Part shown: positions 50,396 through 60,388 of the stretch, one piece after another
How positions within the stretch are numbered: position 1 is the stretch's first letter
Layout of the letters: each line of letters begins with the position of its first letter
Source of the DNA: Desulfosudaceae bacterium
GTDB taxonomy: Bacteria > Desulfobacterota > Desulfobacteria > Desulfobacterales > Desulfosudaceae
Reading direction: 5' to 3'
Assembly: GCA_963674745.2 (NCBI GenBank)
Contig: CAXXDV010000003.1
Coordinates: 512,001 to 576,000, forward strand
DNA length: 64,000 nucleotides
Program-made: the position numbers and the translations under genes
Notes under the pieces: generated by a model
The model's input: the letters and a program-made list of their open reading frames with translations, nothing else
Told to the model about the DNA's origin: nothing
Database searches by the model: none

Positions 50396-51442
50396 ATGAA
50401 TCGTCACAACTGGGCAATAAAATATGAACAATCTCCTGTGGATGTCAAATGTCCTGTTTGCGGGAACACCGATTGCCGTCAACTATATTCCGTAACAGCG
50501 GAGTCTGCAGCGCAACATTATGTGTTGCGAGAAGTTCATCCCGAAAGACATGGCGCCCTGCTTAAAAATATTCGGGAATTATGGGGGCACAAGGACTGTT
50601 TGCTTGTTCGATGTCCCCGGTGTCAATTCGTATTTGCGTCACCGTTTAAGGCCGGGAATTCCTCCTTTTATGCTCTGGCCTACACATACACTGCTGACAA
50701 GTATCCTCAAAACAAATGGGAGTATGACGAAACCATTCGTCGACTGGATCACCGGTTTGGACAGAGAAACCGTTATCTGGAAATTGGCGCCGGCAGCGGC
50801 GTTTTTGTCAAAAAGTTAATTCCGGATTTTGTACGTCCGGAAGATGCTACTTGTTTTGAGTACTCTTCAAGTGGCGCTGACGCCATACACGCCCTGGGCA
50901 TTCAATGTCTGGATCATAATTTTTGCAATAGTTCCGAACTGGAAGGCCGTCAGTTCGATATTATCTGTTTGTTCCAGGTCCTTGAACATATGGCCGATCT
51001 GGACCCTCTTTTTGCAAAGCTCTGTGAGCTCGCCGCCCCACAGTGTGATATTTTTGTTGCTGTCCCCAATCCGTTACGAACCGAGTTTCAGGAGCAAAAA
51101 GGGTCGATATTGGATTTGCCGCCCAATCATGTCGGCCGATGGACGCCCGGGTGTTTTGAAATCATTGCGAAAAGATTCGAGCTTGTACTTATCGCCTGTC
51201 AGACGAACCGTTCTCAATCTTTTGTGGAAAAAACCAAGCGATTTGTAAAATTTACATACCAACGCAGGGCGCAGGGGAAGACGATGGCAAACCGGATCGA
51301 ACAAATCCGAAACAACAATCTAAGAAATCTGTTTCGGTTGTTTGCCGCAGGGTTATATGCGTTTGGAAACGTACCGGGTGTTTTAAACTGTGCCGATCCT
51401 GATCTGGGTGACTCTCTGCTCGCTCATTTTCGGAAACCATGA
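50396..51442 (+). CDS. Class I SAM methyltransferase with zinc-binding N-terminus
   Basis: CPVC..C.RC, LEIGAGSG, FQVLEH, VPN, PPNH. Confidence 0.85.
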   Translation: MNRHNWAIKYEQSPVDVKCPVCGNTDCRQLYSVTAESAAQHYVLREVHPERHGALLKNIRELWGHKDCLLVRCPRCQFVFASPFKAGNSSFYALAYTYTADKYPQNKWEYDETIRRLDHRFGQRNRYLEIGAGSGVFVKKLIPDFVRPEDATCFEYSSSGADAIHALGIQCLDHNFCNSSELEGRQFDIICLFQVLEHMADLDPLFAKLCELAAPQCDIFVAVPNPLRTEFQEQKGSILDLPPNHVGRWTPGCFEIIAKRFELVLIACQTNRSQSFVEKTKRFVKFTYQRRAQGKTMANRIEQIRNNNLRNLFRLFAAGLYAFGNVPGVLNCADPDLGDSLLAHFRKP

Positions 51443-51540
51443 CCCAATTGCTATATGTCTGCCCCAAGATGGATAGAGACACAATTGCCAAGCGCCGGCA
51501 ATGGCCGGCTGAAATTCTGAATATTTATTAATGCAATAAA

Positions 51541-52707
51541 ATGAAAATTGCCTGGGTGACACGGTCTTTTCTGGACTATCGCGTTCCCGTTTACGGGGAA
51601 TTGGATAAACTGGTCAGTGGCCAGCTCTATTTGATATATGCCGGGGACTATGTACCACAGGCCGTCCAGGAAAAAGCTGTCGCCGTCCTTGGCCGACGAT
51701 CCTTGCCCTTGACCGGTGAGTGGCGGATCGGCCCTGAAGACAGACATTTTCTGGCCAATCGAAATGTTTCGTTACGCATTCATCCCGGTGTATTAAAAAA
51801 GATCCGTGAGTTGAAGCCGGATATCATTGTGTGTGACGGTTTCTTTAAATGGACACTGCCCGCACTCTTGTATCGGATAGGTTTTGGTACGCCGTTGGTT
51901 ATCTGCTATGAGCGATGGGCTCATACGGAAAGACATGCCCAATGGTACCGCAAGCTTTATCGCAAAGCCGTGCTTCATTTTACGGATGCCATGTGTTGCA
52001 ATGGAATGTTGTCCAAACAATATACTGTTGACCTGGGCATGCCCGCCGAAAGAATCACAACGGGGCACATGTCTGCGGATACCGAAAGTCTGCAGAAACA
52101 GGCGGAGGCAGTTACCGGTGCTGAAAAAAAAGCGTTTCTTGAAAAACATAAAGCTGAAGGGGTTATTTTTCTATATGCCGGTCGGTTGATTCATTTAAAA
52201 GGTGTTGACCTGCTGCTGGCTGCCTGGAGCCAATTTGAGAAAGAAAGTGCTTCGGGAACCCTTTTGCTCGTTGGTGGCGGATCTCAGGAGCAGGAATTAA
52301 GAGGACGAGTGATGGCCGAAGGCCTTGAACGAGTTCGATTTGTCGGGTCTGTGGATTATACGGATATGGCAAAATTCTATGCCGCAGCCGATATATTTGT
52401 CATTCCGACGCTTGAAGATAACTGGAGCCTGGTAGTCCCCGAGGCTATGGCCTGCGGTTTACCCGTACTCTGTTCAAGGTATAATGGCTGTTGGCCTGAA
52501 ATGGTTCAGGAGGGTAAAAACGGGTGGGTGTTTAATCCTAATGATATTGGAGATATCTTGCGGGTAATCCGGGCTGCTGCTGATGCGAGAGATCAATTGC
52601 TGGAAATGGGCAAATGCTCGCGTAACATTTTGTCCGCACACTCACCAGAAACTGCTGCCGAATCCGTCCTTTCCGCCTGCCGGATTGCTTTGAAAAACAG
52701 GAATTGA
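51541..52707 (+). CDS. Glycosyltransferase family 4
   Basis: YAGRL..LKG, PTLEDNWSLVVPEAMACG. Confidence 0.92.
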   Translation: MKIAWVTRSFLDYRVPVYGELDKLVSGQLYLIYAGDYVPQAVQEKAVAVLGRRSLPLTGEWRIGPEDRHFLANRNVSLRIHPGVLKKIRELKPDIIVCDGFFKWTLPALLYRIGFGTPLVICYERWAHTERHAQWYRKLYRKAVLHFTDAMCCNGMLSKQYTVDLGMPAERITTGHMSADTESLQKQAEAVTGAEKKAFLEKHKAEGVIFLYAGRLIHLKGVDLLLAAWSQFEKESASGTLLLVGGGSQEQELRGRVMAEGLERVRFVGSVDYTDMAKFYAAADIFVIPTLEDNWSLVVPEAMACGLPVLCSRYNGCWPEMVQEGKNGWVFNPNDIGDILRVIRAAADARDQLLEMGKCSRNILSAHSPETAAESVLSACRIALKNRN

Positions 52708-52782
52708 TTCATGTTTTTTCCAGTGATGTAATAAGATAAAGCCATAATGCTTATAGATGCCTAATGGATAATATAGATCACA

Positions 52783-54165
52783 ATGCCTAAAAAATTTAAA
52801 AATGATTATTGGCTAAAGGTTGCAGCTGCACGAAAAGAAGCACCTCAGCCCGGCTTTTCCAAAATTCCATCCAGAGAAAATTTAATCGGTTCAAATCAAA
52901 AAAATGTCGGCAGATGGGGGCCTGAAAATATTAAAGCATGGTTACTTTATTCTCTCGTTATGGTGTGGGTTGTCCGCAATACCATTTTTATTCGAAGGCG
53001 CCCGGGCGATTTGTATGCCGCTCTTGATACCATGGCAATGTTTCAGGTCGGTATTGTTTTCGCTATACTGTTGATCCTCCTTTCAGGGCCAGGCTTAAAA
53101 CTCTTGGCGCAAATCAAACATTCATCATTAAAATTTTATTTTTTGTATTATTTATTGGCTTTACTGTCCGCTGCCTGGTCGATCAATCCGGCGTTTTCTT
53201 TCTATCGTGCCCTGGAAGTTCTAGCGCTTTCTTTGGCGGTACTTGTTTTTTGTGCCAGCGGGATTGATACGGAGAAAAATATCAAACGAACACGTATTGT
53301 TGTTTGGTCTGTCGTGTTAATGATAGCAGCCGCATCGGCAAGATCCGGCTCTTTCTGGAATTTGCGGAACAACACCCTGGGAGCGGCGGCAGTCATGGCC
53401 GCCTGTTTTTTTATCGCCTGGATATTGGCGGGGCGGGAACAAAAAAAAGATCGAAAGCGCCTGATTCAGGGCAGTATCGGACTGTCAATCGTTCTTTTAT
53501 CCTTTAGTCTGGCCAGCTGGTGGTCTTTCTGGTTCGGGATCCTCTATTGCGCTGTTTTCAGCCGTCGCAAGAGCCTTATCTTTGGACTGTTCGCTGTCGG
53601 GGTACTGATTTTTTTCATACTGGGGACAGATACCCGCGAGAATCTTCTTGTACGTGACAAAGCACCTGATGAGATTCAAACATTGACCGGCCGAAAAATA
53701 CTTTGGGCAGATTTCTGGTCCGCTTCCATGGAACGGCCGGTTGCCGGGTTTGGCTTTGCCATCGGAGCCAGGGAGGTCAGCACGATATATACTACCAATA
53801 CCCATAATCTGTTTTTTGGCGCCCTGCTTAGTTTAGGCTGGGTGGGCGTAATACTTTGGAGCATGTTTTATTTTGCACTTTTCCAGGAGTTGATAAAATA
53901 CCGACACTCAAGAAACCCTCCCTGGCTTGCCTGTGCGGCAGCTTTAGCCGCCGGAACATTAAACAGCATGTCGCTGTCGATTTTGAGTGAACAATGGAGC
54001 GCGGCCACAACGGTTTTCATCGCTTTTTTGGGCCTTCATATGCGTTTTTTACAAGAAGCCAAACAAATCAAACAGGAGCAGCCTGACCTATCTTACGGGT
54101 TGCGTTTCTCTCGGGTATCGTCCTGGGGCAGACGGCCCTGGTCCCCTAATGATCCGATAAGGTGA
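52783..54165 (+). CDS. O-antigen ligase / Wzy polymerase family membrane protein
   Basis: About 10 TMs; LTGR..LW, RP..GFG, THN....LL.LG.VG Wzy_C motif. Confidence 0.8.
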   Translation: MPKKFKNDYWLKVAAARKEAPQPGFSKIPSRENLIGSNQKNVGRWGPENIKAWLLYSLVMVWVVRNTIFIRRRPGDLYAALDTMAMFQVGIVFAILLILLSGPGLKLLAQIKHSSLKFYFLYYLLALLSAAWSINPAFSFYRALEVLALSLAVLVFCASGIDTEKNIKRTRIVVWSVVLMIAAASARSGSFWNLRNNTLGAAAVMAACFFIAWILAGREQKKDRKRLIQGSIGLSIVLLSFSLASWWSFWFGILYCAVFSRRKSLIFGLFAVGVLIFFILGTDTRENLLVRDKAPDEIQTLTGRKILWADFWSASMERPVAGFGFAIGAREVSTIYTTNTHNLFFGALLSLGWVGVILWSMFYFALFQELIKYRHSRNPPWLACAAALAAGTLNSMSLSILSEQWSAATTVFIAFLGLHMRFLQEAKQIKQEQPDLSYGLRFSRVSSWGRRPWSPNDPIR

Positions 54166-54178
54166 TAGACCGACAATT

Positions 54179-55348
54179 ATGAAAATTTTGATTGCCCATA
54201 ATGAGTATGGGGCCCCCAGCGGCGAAGAGCATGCTCTGGGCGTTATTGCCGACTTGTTGAAGGACAACGGACATCAGGTGAAGTGGTTTTTACGATCTTC
54301 GGCTGAAATTCATGGCTTTGCCGACAAGATCAGCGCTTTTTTCTCAGGTATTCATAACCCTCGCACATGTAAGCGTCTTTGCTCTTTTTTAAGAAAGGAA
54401 CCTGTAGATGCGGCTTTGGTTCAGAACCTTTACCCGTTTCTTTCTCCTTCCATTTTGCCGATATTTAAACGCTCAGGAATTCCGGTTGTGATGCGCTGCC
54501 CCAACTATCGACTCTTCTGCCCCAGCGGCCTGCATCTGTCCCACGGAGACATTTGTGAACGATGCCTGAACGGCAAGGAGTACTGGTGCGTCATCAGAAA
54601 TTGCGAAAACAGTCTTTCGAAAAGCATGGGGTATGCATTACGAAATGCCGCAGCCCGGATAACCCGGCGGATCGTGGATAATGTCGACCTTTTTGTGGTT
54701 TTGTCTGAGTTCCAGCGCATGCGATTTATAGAAGGTGGGATTCCGGAAGATCGCTTGGCCCTTCTGCCGAATACTGCTCCGGAAGTTGAATCTGAAATAC
54801 CGTCCGGTCCGGGCGATTTTGTTTCTTTTGTTGGCCGGGTGAGCCCGGAAAAAGGAATTAACGATTTCGTTTCCTGTGCCAGGCGTTTACCGGACGTGAC
54901 CTTTGCCGTGGCCGGACATTATGACCAAATGCCGGACCTGGTAAACAGTTCACCGGCCAATGTCCAATGGCGGGGATTTTTAAAAGGAGCGGAACTGGAT
55001 GCCTTTTATCAGCGGTCACGCATGCTGATCGTCCCTGGCCGTTGGTTCGAGGGCTTTCCAAATGTTATTATACGAGCCATGGCGTTTGGTAAGCCTGTCG
55101 TTGCTTCACGCCTTGGCGCTATCCCCGAGATCGTAGAACATGAGCGGACCGGCCTGTTGTTCGAACCCGGAAATGTTGATGCCCTTACTGAATCAGTCCA
55201 GTGCCTTTATTCGAACCCGTCTTTATGTGACCGATTGGGCCGGGCCGGGCAGCTTAAATCCGAGACCGCCTACAGTCGTCGAACGATAAGTGAGACGCTG
55301 GCCACAATTTTTGACTGTGTCTCCCGTTCTAATCGAAAGCCACGTTGA
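54179..55348 (+). CDS. Glycosyltransferase family 4
   Basis: SGEE, NYRLFCP...CERC, FVGRVSPEKG, EGFPNVI..AMA.GKP. Confidence 0.92.
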   Translation: MKILIAHNEYGAPSGEEHALGVIADLLKDNGHQVKWFLRSSAEIHGFADKISAFFSGIHNPRTCKRLCSFLRKEPVDAALVQNLYPFLSPSILPIFKRSGIPVVMRCPNYRLFCPSGLHLSHGDICERCLNGKEYWCVIRNCENSLSKSMGYALRNAAARITRRIVDNVDLFVVLSEFQRMRFIEGGIPEDRLALLPNTAPEVESEIPSGPGDFVSFVGRVSPEKGINDFVSCARRLPDVTFAVAGHYDQMPDLVNSSPANVQWRGFLKGAELDAFYQRSRMLIVPGRWFEGFPNVIIRAMAFGKPVVASRLGAIPEIVEHERTGLLFEPGNVDALTESVQCLYSNPSLCDRLGRAGQLKSETAYSRRTISETLATIFDCVSRSNRKPR

Positions 55349-56322
55349 TATTGCCTGAACCTTCCAAGCAAAGAATTCACATGGTTGATGCAGCCGCCGG
55401 AATTACAATGATTCTTGTGGTTTTTGGACATAACTATTTTGATGACTTCAGGCAGGATTCGATTTATGCCCCATTGAGAATTTTCATTTATCAATTTCAT
55501 ATGTCCGTCTTCTTTTTTTTGTCAGGATTTATCATTTTTTATTCCTTTAAACCGATCAAGTCTATTCCCGAATATTGGCGCTACATTTCCCGAAAAGGAC
55601 GAAAATTTATTCCCATTTATTTTCTTTTGTCCATTTTCTACCTTCTTGCCGATCTGTTTCTCAAAAATCTCAGCCCGGATCAGATTCCTGACCAGGTATA
55701 CAAAATATTCCTTTCTCCGGTTCAAAGCAGCGCCAAATTCTTGTGGTATATTTATGTTTTGATGATTTTTTATCTGATTACACCGGTTCTTAAATCGCTG
55801 CCGCACAAAATGATGTATCTGGTTGTCGCCCTGGCTTTTTTCTTGACCTTAATCCGTTTTCCTTACGAGTTCTCAGCCAACTTGGCGGGAAAGTATTTTT
55901 TATTCTTTATTCTTGGTGGAATGATGGCTGAGCGAATTGATCTGTTAAAAACGATTGTAAAAAAATATGGTTTGATCTCTCTTTGTGTCTTCTGCTTACT
56001 GTTTATTAATGCGTTTGTCGATATAACCGATGTGCCCTATCAGTTGACAAGTGTTATCGCCATCATCAGCATCCTTTATTTGTCGTCACTTTATATTGTG
56101 GAAAAGTTATCGATACTGAAGAAGATTGGCATACATTCTTATTATATTTATCTGTTAAACTCATTAGTCATCGGTACGTTTTATCTCATGTACCATAAGA
56201 CACCGCTTCATGTTTATATCCATCCACGTGTTTATATCGTAATGCTCACAATTTTAGGGACATTGTTGCCCTTATGGTTCAGCATGTTTGACAGTCGCCG
56301 GAACAACACTATTTTGAATTGA
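55345..56322 (+). CDS. Acyltransferase family 3 (O-acetyltransferase)
   Basis: ILVVFGH, FHMSVFFFLSG, LWYI, SYYIYL. Confidence 0.88.
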   Translation: MILPEPSKQRIHMVDAAAGITMILVVFGHNYFDDFRQDSIYAPLRIFIYQFHMSVFFFLSGFIIFYSFKPIKSIPEYWRYISRKGRKFIPIYFLLSIFYLLADLFLKNLSPDQIPDQVYKIFLSPVQSSAKFLWYIYVLMIFYLITPVLKSLPHKMMYLVVALAFFLTLIRFPYEFSANLAGKYFLFFILGGMMAERIDLLKTIVKKYGLISLCVFCLLFINAFVDITDVPYQLTSVIAIISILYLSSLYIVEKLSILKKIGIHSYYIYLLNSLVIGTFYLMYHKTPLHVYIHPRVYIVMLTILGTLLPLWFSMFDSRRNNTILN

Positions 56323-56368
56323 ATCATCGCTTCTGTTTTACAGGTAACTGCCTATACAGGTTCTTCTC

Positions 56369-57802
56369 ATGTTGTTTACATCTCTTGAATTTTATCTGTT
56401 TTTGGCGGCCGTTTTTTCGATCTGGTTTTGTGTGCCGGTGGCGAGGCGGCCGTTGGTATTGCTTGCGGCAAGTTATGCTTTTTATGCCTGTTGGCAGCCT
56501 TGGTTTGTCGGGGTGCTGCTCTTTTGTACCCTGGTTGGCTGGTCGGCCGGGCGTTTAATGGCCGGTGAGCAGGATAATCGGAAAAAAAAGAAAATTTTGA
56601 TTGCGTCCGTGGGTTTAAACCTATTGCCGTTATTGTTTTTTAAATATGTTAATTTTTTTAACGCTGCGCTGAACGATGCGTTTTCTTTTTTGGGACTGGG
56701 TTATGCCGTTCCGGCGCTGAATATTCTCCTGCCCCTGGGTGTGTCCTTTTACACGTTTCAAACCATTGCCTATTGCGCTGATGTTTATATGGATAAAATC
56801 CAAGCAGAGAAGAATATGGGTGCTTTTGCGCTTTTTCTGGCGTTCTTTCCAAAGCTGATTTCCGGGCCCATAGAGCGGGGAGGTTCCTTTCTGCCGCAGA
56901 TAAAGCGGGCGGATCGTTTTAACAGTGCGCTTTTTGTCTCAGGTGTCCAGCTTTTTTTATGGGGTGTGTTTAAGAAAATTGTCATCGCCGATCGACTGGC
57001 CATGTATGCGGATATGGTGTTTGGTGATCCGCATTCGATGTATGGAAAAACAGTTGTGATCGGGATGTGGATGTTTTCGATTCAGATTTACTGTGATTTT
57101 TCCGCTTACATGGACATGGCCATCGGGTGCGGTCGGATATTCGGGATTGAGTTGAGCCGGAATTTTAATTTTCCGTATATGGCCGGATCCGTGGCGGATT
57201 TCTGGCGACGCTGGCATATTACCCTGACCTCGTGGTTCCGGGATTATGTGTATATCCCTTTGGGAGGTAGACGGGTTGCAACAGGTCGCTGGATATTCAA
57301 CATCATGGCGGTGTTTCTGCTCAGCGGTTTGTGGCACGGGGCGGGCTGGACGTTTATTTTCTGGGGCGTTTTGCATGGTTCGTTTTACCTGATTGGGACG
57401 TTCACTGCGCCGGTACGAAATCGGATACGCGGTTTTTTGGGTATACGCGGAAGATTCGAGGCGATCTGGCAGGTTTTCTTCACGTTTCAACTGGTATCTC
57501 TGGCTTGGGTGTTTTTCCGGGCGCGAACAATTGACGATGCCTTTGTTTTGATACGGAATATGAGCATACACCTGGAACTGCCGGTAAGGATGCTGTCTTC
57601 CCAGTTTTCAACTGCGCTGGCGTTCGGGTTTGCTTTACTGATTGTGGGGCTGGAGCTTTTGATTTACTGGGCTGATCGCAGGGGTATCGACTTGGTGCAG
57701 GTCATACCGCCGGTGGTGAGGTATCCGGGGTATGCGGCGGGGCTCTTGTTGATGGCGCTGTTCGGGGTGAGTAGTAATGAGTTTATATATTTTCAGTTTT
57801 AG
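56369..57802 (+). CDS. MBOAT O-acyltransferase (AlgI/DltB-like)
   Basis: MLFTS, LPLGVSFYTFQ, GPIER, DFSAY.DMA, FWRRWHI, SGLWHGA, FIYFQF. Confidence 0.95.
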   Translation: MLFTSLEFYLFLAAVFSIWFCVPVARRPLVLLAASYAFYACWQPWFVGVLLFCTLVGWSAGRLMAGEQDNRKKKKILIASVGLNLLPLLFFKYVNFFNAALNDAFSFLGLGYAVPALNILLPLGVSFYTFQTIAYCADVYMDKIQAEKNMGAFALFLAFFPKLISGPIERGGSFLPQIKRADRFNSALFVSGVQLFLWGVFKKIVIADRLAMYADMVFGDPHSMYGKTVVIGMWMFSIQIYCDFSAYMDMAIGCGRIFGIELSRNFNFPYMAGSVADFWRRWHITLTSWFRDYVYIPLGGRRVATGRWIFNIMAVFLLSGLWHGAGWTFIFWGVLHGSFYLIGTFTAPVRNRIRGFLGIRGRFEAIWQVFFTFQLVSLAWVFFRARTIDDAFVLIRNMSIHLELPVRMLSSQFSTALAFGFALLIVGLELLIYWADRRGIDLVQVIPPVVRYPGYAAGLLLMALFGVSSNEFIYFQF

Positions 57803-57870
57803 GGCGCTTCGCGCCGTTGAGGGATTGAGATGGGTTTAGGGGTTGAGAGGTTGAGGAGTTGAAGGGTTGA
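57803..57870 (+). repeat. GCGAAGC hairpin (minus strand) plus a G-rich octamer array (GGGTTGAG-like)
   Basis: GGCGCTTCGCGCC then GTTGAGGG, GTTTAGGG, GTTGAGAG, GTTGAGGA, GTTGAAGG, GTTGA. Confidence 0.8.
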
Positions 57871-57903
57871 TTTTAATGGTTATATGATGACAGGGAGGTT
57901 GTC

Positions 57904-58282
57904 ATGAAGAAGGCAGAAGCGCATAAATATGGTTTTGAGAAGCTGAATGTCTGGCAAGATTCTCGGAAGCTGGTTATTCAAGTTTATAAAATTACGGCAA
58001 AGTTCCCAAAGGCAGAAACATATTCGTTAATAGACCAAATTCGACGGGCAGCGATTTCTATTCCGGCAAACCTGGCAGAAGGTACCTCGAGAGTAACTTC
58101 CAGGGAACAGGCACGTTTTACCTCTATTTCATATAGCAGTCTTATGGAGTTATTAAGCCATTTTTATCTGGCAATGGATCTGCAATACGTTGAGTTCGAC
58201 ACGTTTGATGCATTAAAGAATGATGTTTTAAATTTCTAATCAGTTGAATGCGTTGCGGAGGGCGCAGCAAGCTGCGCGTTGA
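57904..58282 (+). CDS. Four helix bundle protein (23S rRNA IVP / bAvd-like); 3' frameshift
   Basis: FEKLNVWQ, FPKAETYSLIDQIRRAAISIPANLAEG, SLMEL; stop at 58239, but the terminal helix ISNQLNALRRAQ lies in the shifted frame ending at 58282. Confidence 0.88.
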
Positions 58283-58330
58283 GTCGTTTATTCGTTGACT
58301 CAACCCCTCAACCCCTCAACCCCTAAACAA
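58277..58330 (-). repeat. C-rich octamer array complementary to 57816-57870
   Basis: (CTCAACCC)3 CTAAAC. Confidence 0.8.
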
Positions 58331-58335
58331 CAAAA

Positions 58336-59235
58336 TTGAAAAAACACATACCATCCGCCTTGATTGTTATCGTCCTGTTTTTCATGGGCGACCTGGCGGT
58401 TTTCCATGTGCTTAGGGCCGGGATGGACCGGTATTACGGATTGAACAAGCCGGCGAAGGTTTTGTGTGTAGGCTATTCTCATACGGTGCTGGGGATTGAT
58501 GCCGAAAGAATGAAAAAGGAGCTTGGGGTGCCGGTGGCCAAGTATGCCACGGCCGGGGCCAATACCCTGGATCGAATGTGGATGGTGAGGCATTTTCTGG
58601 ATAAAAAGCCTACGGTGACGACTGTTATCTATGATGTTGATCCGCGCCTGTTTGACTCGGAAGGGTTGAGCTCGGCGTCTTACACCCTTTTTCTGCCGTA
58701 TATCGGTAATCCGGTCATGGGTAAATATTTAAGGCAGGAAACCACATGGCAGGAATATGTGATTGCGAAACTGATTCATACGGCCCGGTTTCGGGATCAG
58801 ACGATTAATATCGCTTTGCGGGGTTTGCTGGACAAAATTGAAAACAAGAAGATGACCCGCATCCGGGTTGACGATTACCGGGCTCGCTTGAGAGAGGAAA
58901 AGGCCAGAAAAATTCGTGTTAATCCGGAAAGCCGGCAATGTTTTCTGGATACAATTGATTTTTTGACAGGTCGAGGTATTAACGTGATCCTGCTCTATAT
59001 TCCTACCATAGACCTTTTGAACGAGATAGACCCGGAGGGGCGGGAAGCGGTGTTGAGTATTTTTCAGGGACTGGCTGATAAAAATGCTAAAGTGTGGTTT
59101 TGGGATTTTAATCGCGATTACCAGCACCGGCATGAATTGTTTTATGACCTGCGGCATTTGAACTGGAAGGGCAATGGGGTGGTGACGGGACGATTGGTTG
59201 ATGACTTAAAAGGTTTGTTGTTTGCGGCGCATTGA
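58336..59235 (+). CDS. SGNH-like periplasmic partner of the MBOAT acyltransferase
   Basis: N-terminal TM, VGYSH block, C-terminal FYDLRHLN..G (DxxHLN). Confidence 0.65.
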   Translation: MKKHIPSALIVIVLFFMGDLAVFHVLRAGMDRYYGLNKPAKVLCVGYSHTVLGIDAERMKKELGVPVAKYATAGANTLDRMWMVRHFLDKKPTVTTVIYDVDPRLFDSEGLSSASYTLFLPYIGNPVMGKYLRQETTWQEYVIAKLIHTARFRDQTINIALRGLLDKIENKKMTRIRVDDYRARLREEKARKIRVNPESRQCFLDTIDFLTGRGINVILLYIPTIDLLNEIDPEGREAVLSIFQGLADKNAKVWFWDFNRDYQHRHELFYDLRHLNWKGNGVVTGRLVDDLKGLLFAAH

Positions 59236-59271
59236 TTCTTTCTTGATTTGTGCAGCCGTTTTTTGATGACC

Positions 59272-59305
59272 GGCAGATCTGGATTCCGGCTTTCGCCGGA
59301 ATGAC
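59272..59305 (-). repeat. CGTC-type REP
   Basis: Reverse complement GTCATTCCGGCGAAAGCCGGAATCCAGATCTGCC matches 22427-22460. Confidence 0.8.
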
Positions 59306-59344
59306 AACAAAGTGATGGACTCTGTTTTAGTCGGAATAATAAGT

Positions 59345-60121
59345 ATGCGAAATCTGATAACTGAAAACATATTAAATTGCGCGGTTGTCACTGATCCCCT
59401 GGATGGGTGTCTGGATGTGATTTTCGAGTGGCTTGAGCGTGAGGGCGGGGAGCGGGTGTTTGTGTGTGCCAACCCTCATTCGCTGGTGCTGGCGGAGAAA
59501 GATCCTGTTTTTAAGGCGGCTATTCAATCGGCGGACCTGGTTACGCCGGATGGGGCCGGCATTGTGCTGGCCTCGAGAATACTGGGCGGGAATATAAAAC
59601 AACGGATAACCGGAAGTGACATTTTTGCAGGGCTCAGCCGGAGATTAAACAGTCGCGGGGGCAGGGCGGTGCGTTATTTTTTCCTGGGATCAACTGAGGA
59701 AACCTTGTCTGCCATTAAAACCCGGATGGCTGTGGATTATCCCGGGATAGAAATTGCCGGTACTTATTCGCCACCGTTTAAGGCATCATTCAGTGAAGAT
59801 GACAGCTGTAAAATGATTGCGGCTGTTAATCGGGCTGCCCCGGATGTGCTTTGGGTGGGCATGACCGCGCCCAAACAGGAAAAATGGGTTTATCAGCATA
59901 GAGATAAGCTGAAGGTTAAGTTTATCGGGGCCATTGGCGCGGCTTTTGATTTTTATACCGGCAATGTCAAACGTTCCCATCCTGCTTTTCAGAAAATGGG
60001 ATTGGAATGGCTGCCCCGGTTGGTCAGAGATCCCCGGCGACTTTATGACAGGACCCTGGTATCGGCGCCGAGGTTTTTAATGTTAGTAGTCCGGCAACGC
60101 TTGGGCAAAAAAGATAGTTAG
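59345..60121 (+). CDS. WecG/TagA/CpsF glycosyltransferase (GT26)
   Basis: TPDGAG, RITGSD, SPPF, WVGMTAPKQEKW, GAAFDF, GLEWL.RL...PRRL. Confidence 0.93.
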   Translation: MRNLITENILNCAVVTDPLDGCLDVIFEWLEREGGERVFVCANPHSLVLAEKDPVFKAAIQSADLVTPDGAGIVLASRILGGNIKQRITGSDIFAGLSRRLNSRGGRAVRYFFLGSTEETLSAIKTRMAVDYPGIEIAGTYSPPFKASFSEDDSCKMIAAVNRAAPDVLWVGMTAPKQEKWVYQHRDKLKVKFIGAIGAAFDFYTGNVKRSHPAFQKMGLEWLPRLVRDPRRLYDRTLVSAPRFLMLVVRQRLGKKDS

Positions 60122-60156
60122 ATGATTAGAATGTTCTGGAAGGGGCCTGAAGGGAA

Positions 60157-60250
60157 AAGTGGTTAAGTGATTATGTGGTTAAGTGTTTAAGGTTTTGACC
60201 GCTTCGCGGGGTTTTAAAGTTTTAAGTGTTAAGGTTTTAGGTGTCAGGTC
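60157..60250 (+). repeat. G/T-rich octamer array with a GCGAAGC hairpin
   Basis: AAGTGGTT/AAGTGATT/ATGTGGTT units, CCGCTTCGCGG at 60199, GTTTTAAA-like units. Confidence 0.75.
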
Positions 60251-60388
60251 GGGGTTAAGCTTTATTACATGAATTTTGGGCGTTTCAGGCATTAGTTTTT
60301 GGTTAGAATTGACAGATAAAAGTGGAACAACTTTACAAATGGTTCCCAAGGGTATAAATTGTTGTAACAGTAGGAGGTGTCTGGATTT

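Noticed and set aside
57904..58282. Diversity-generating retroelement suggested by the Avd-like gene
   Set aside because: No reverse transcriptase and no TR/VR pair with adenine-specific mismatches; the 21819/25302 duplicate differs at synonymous sites, not specifically at adenines.
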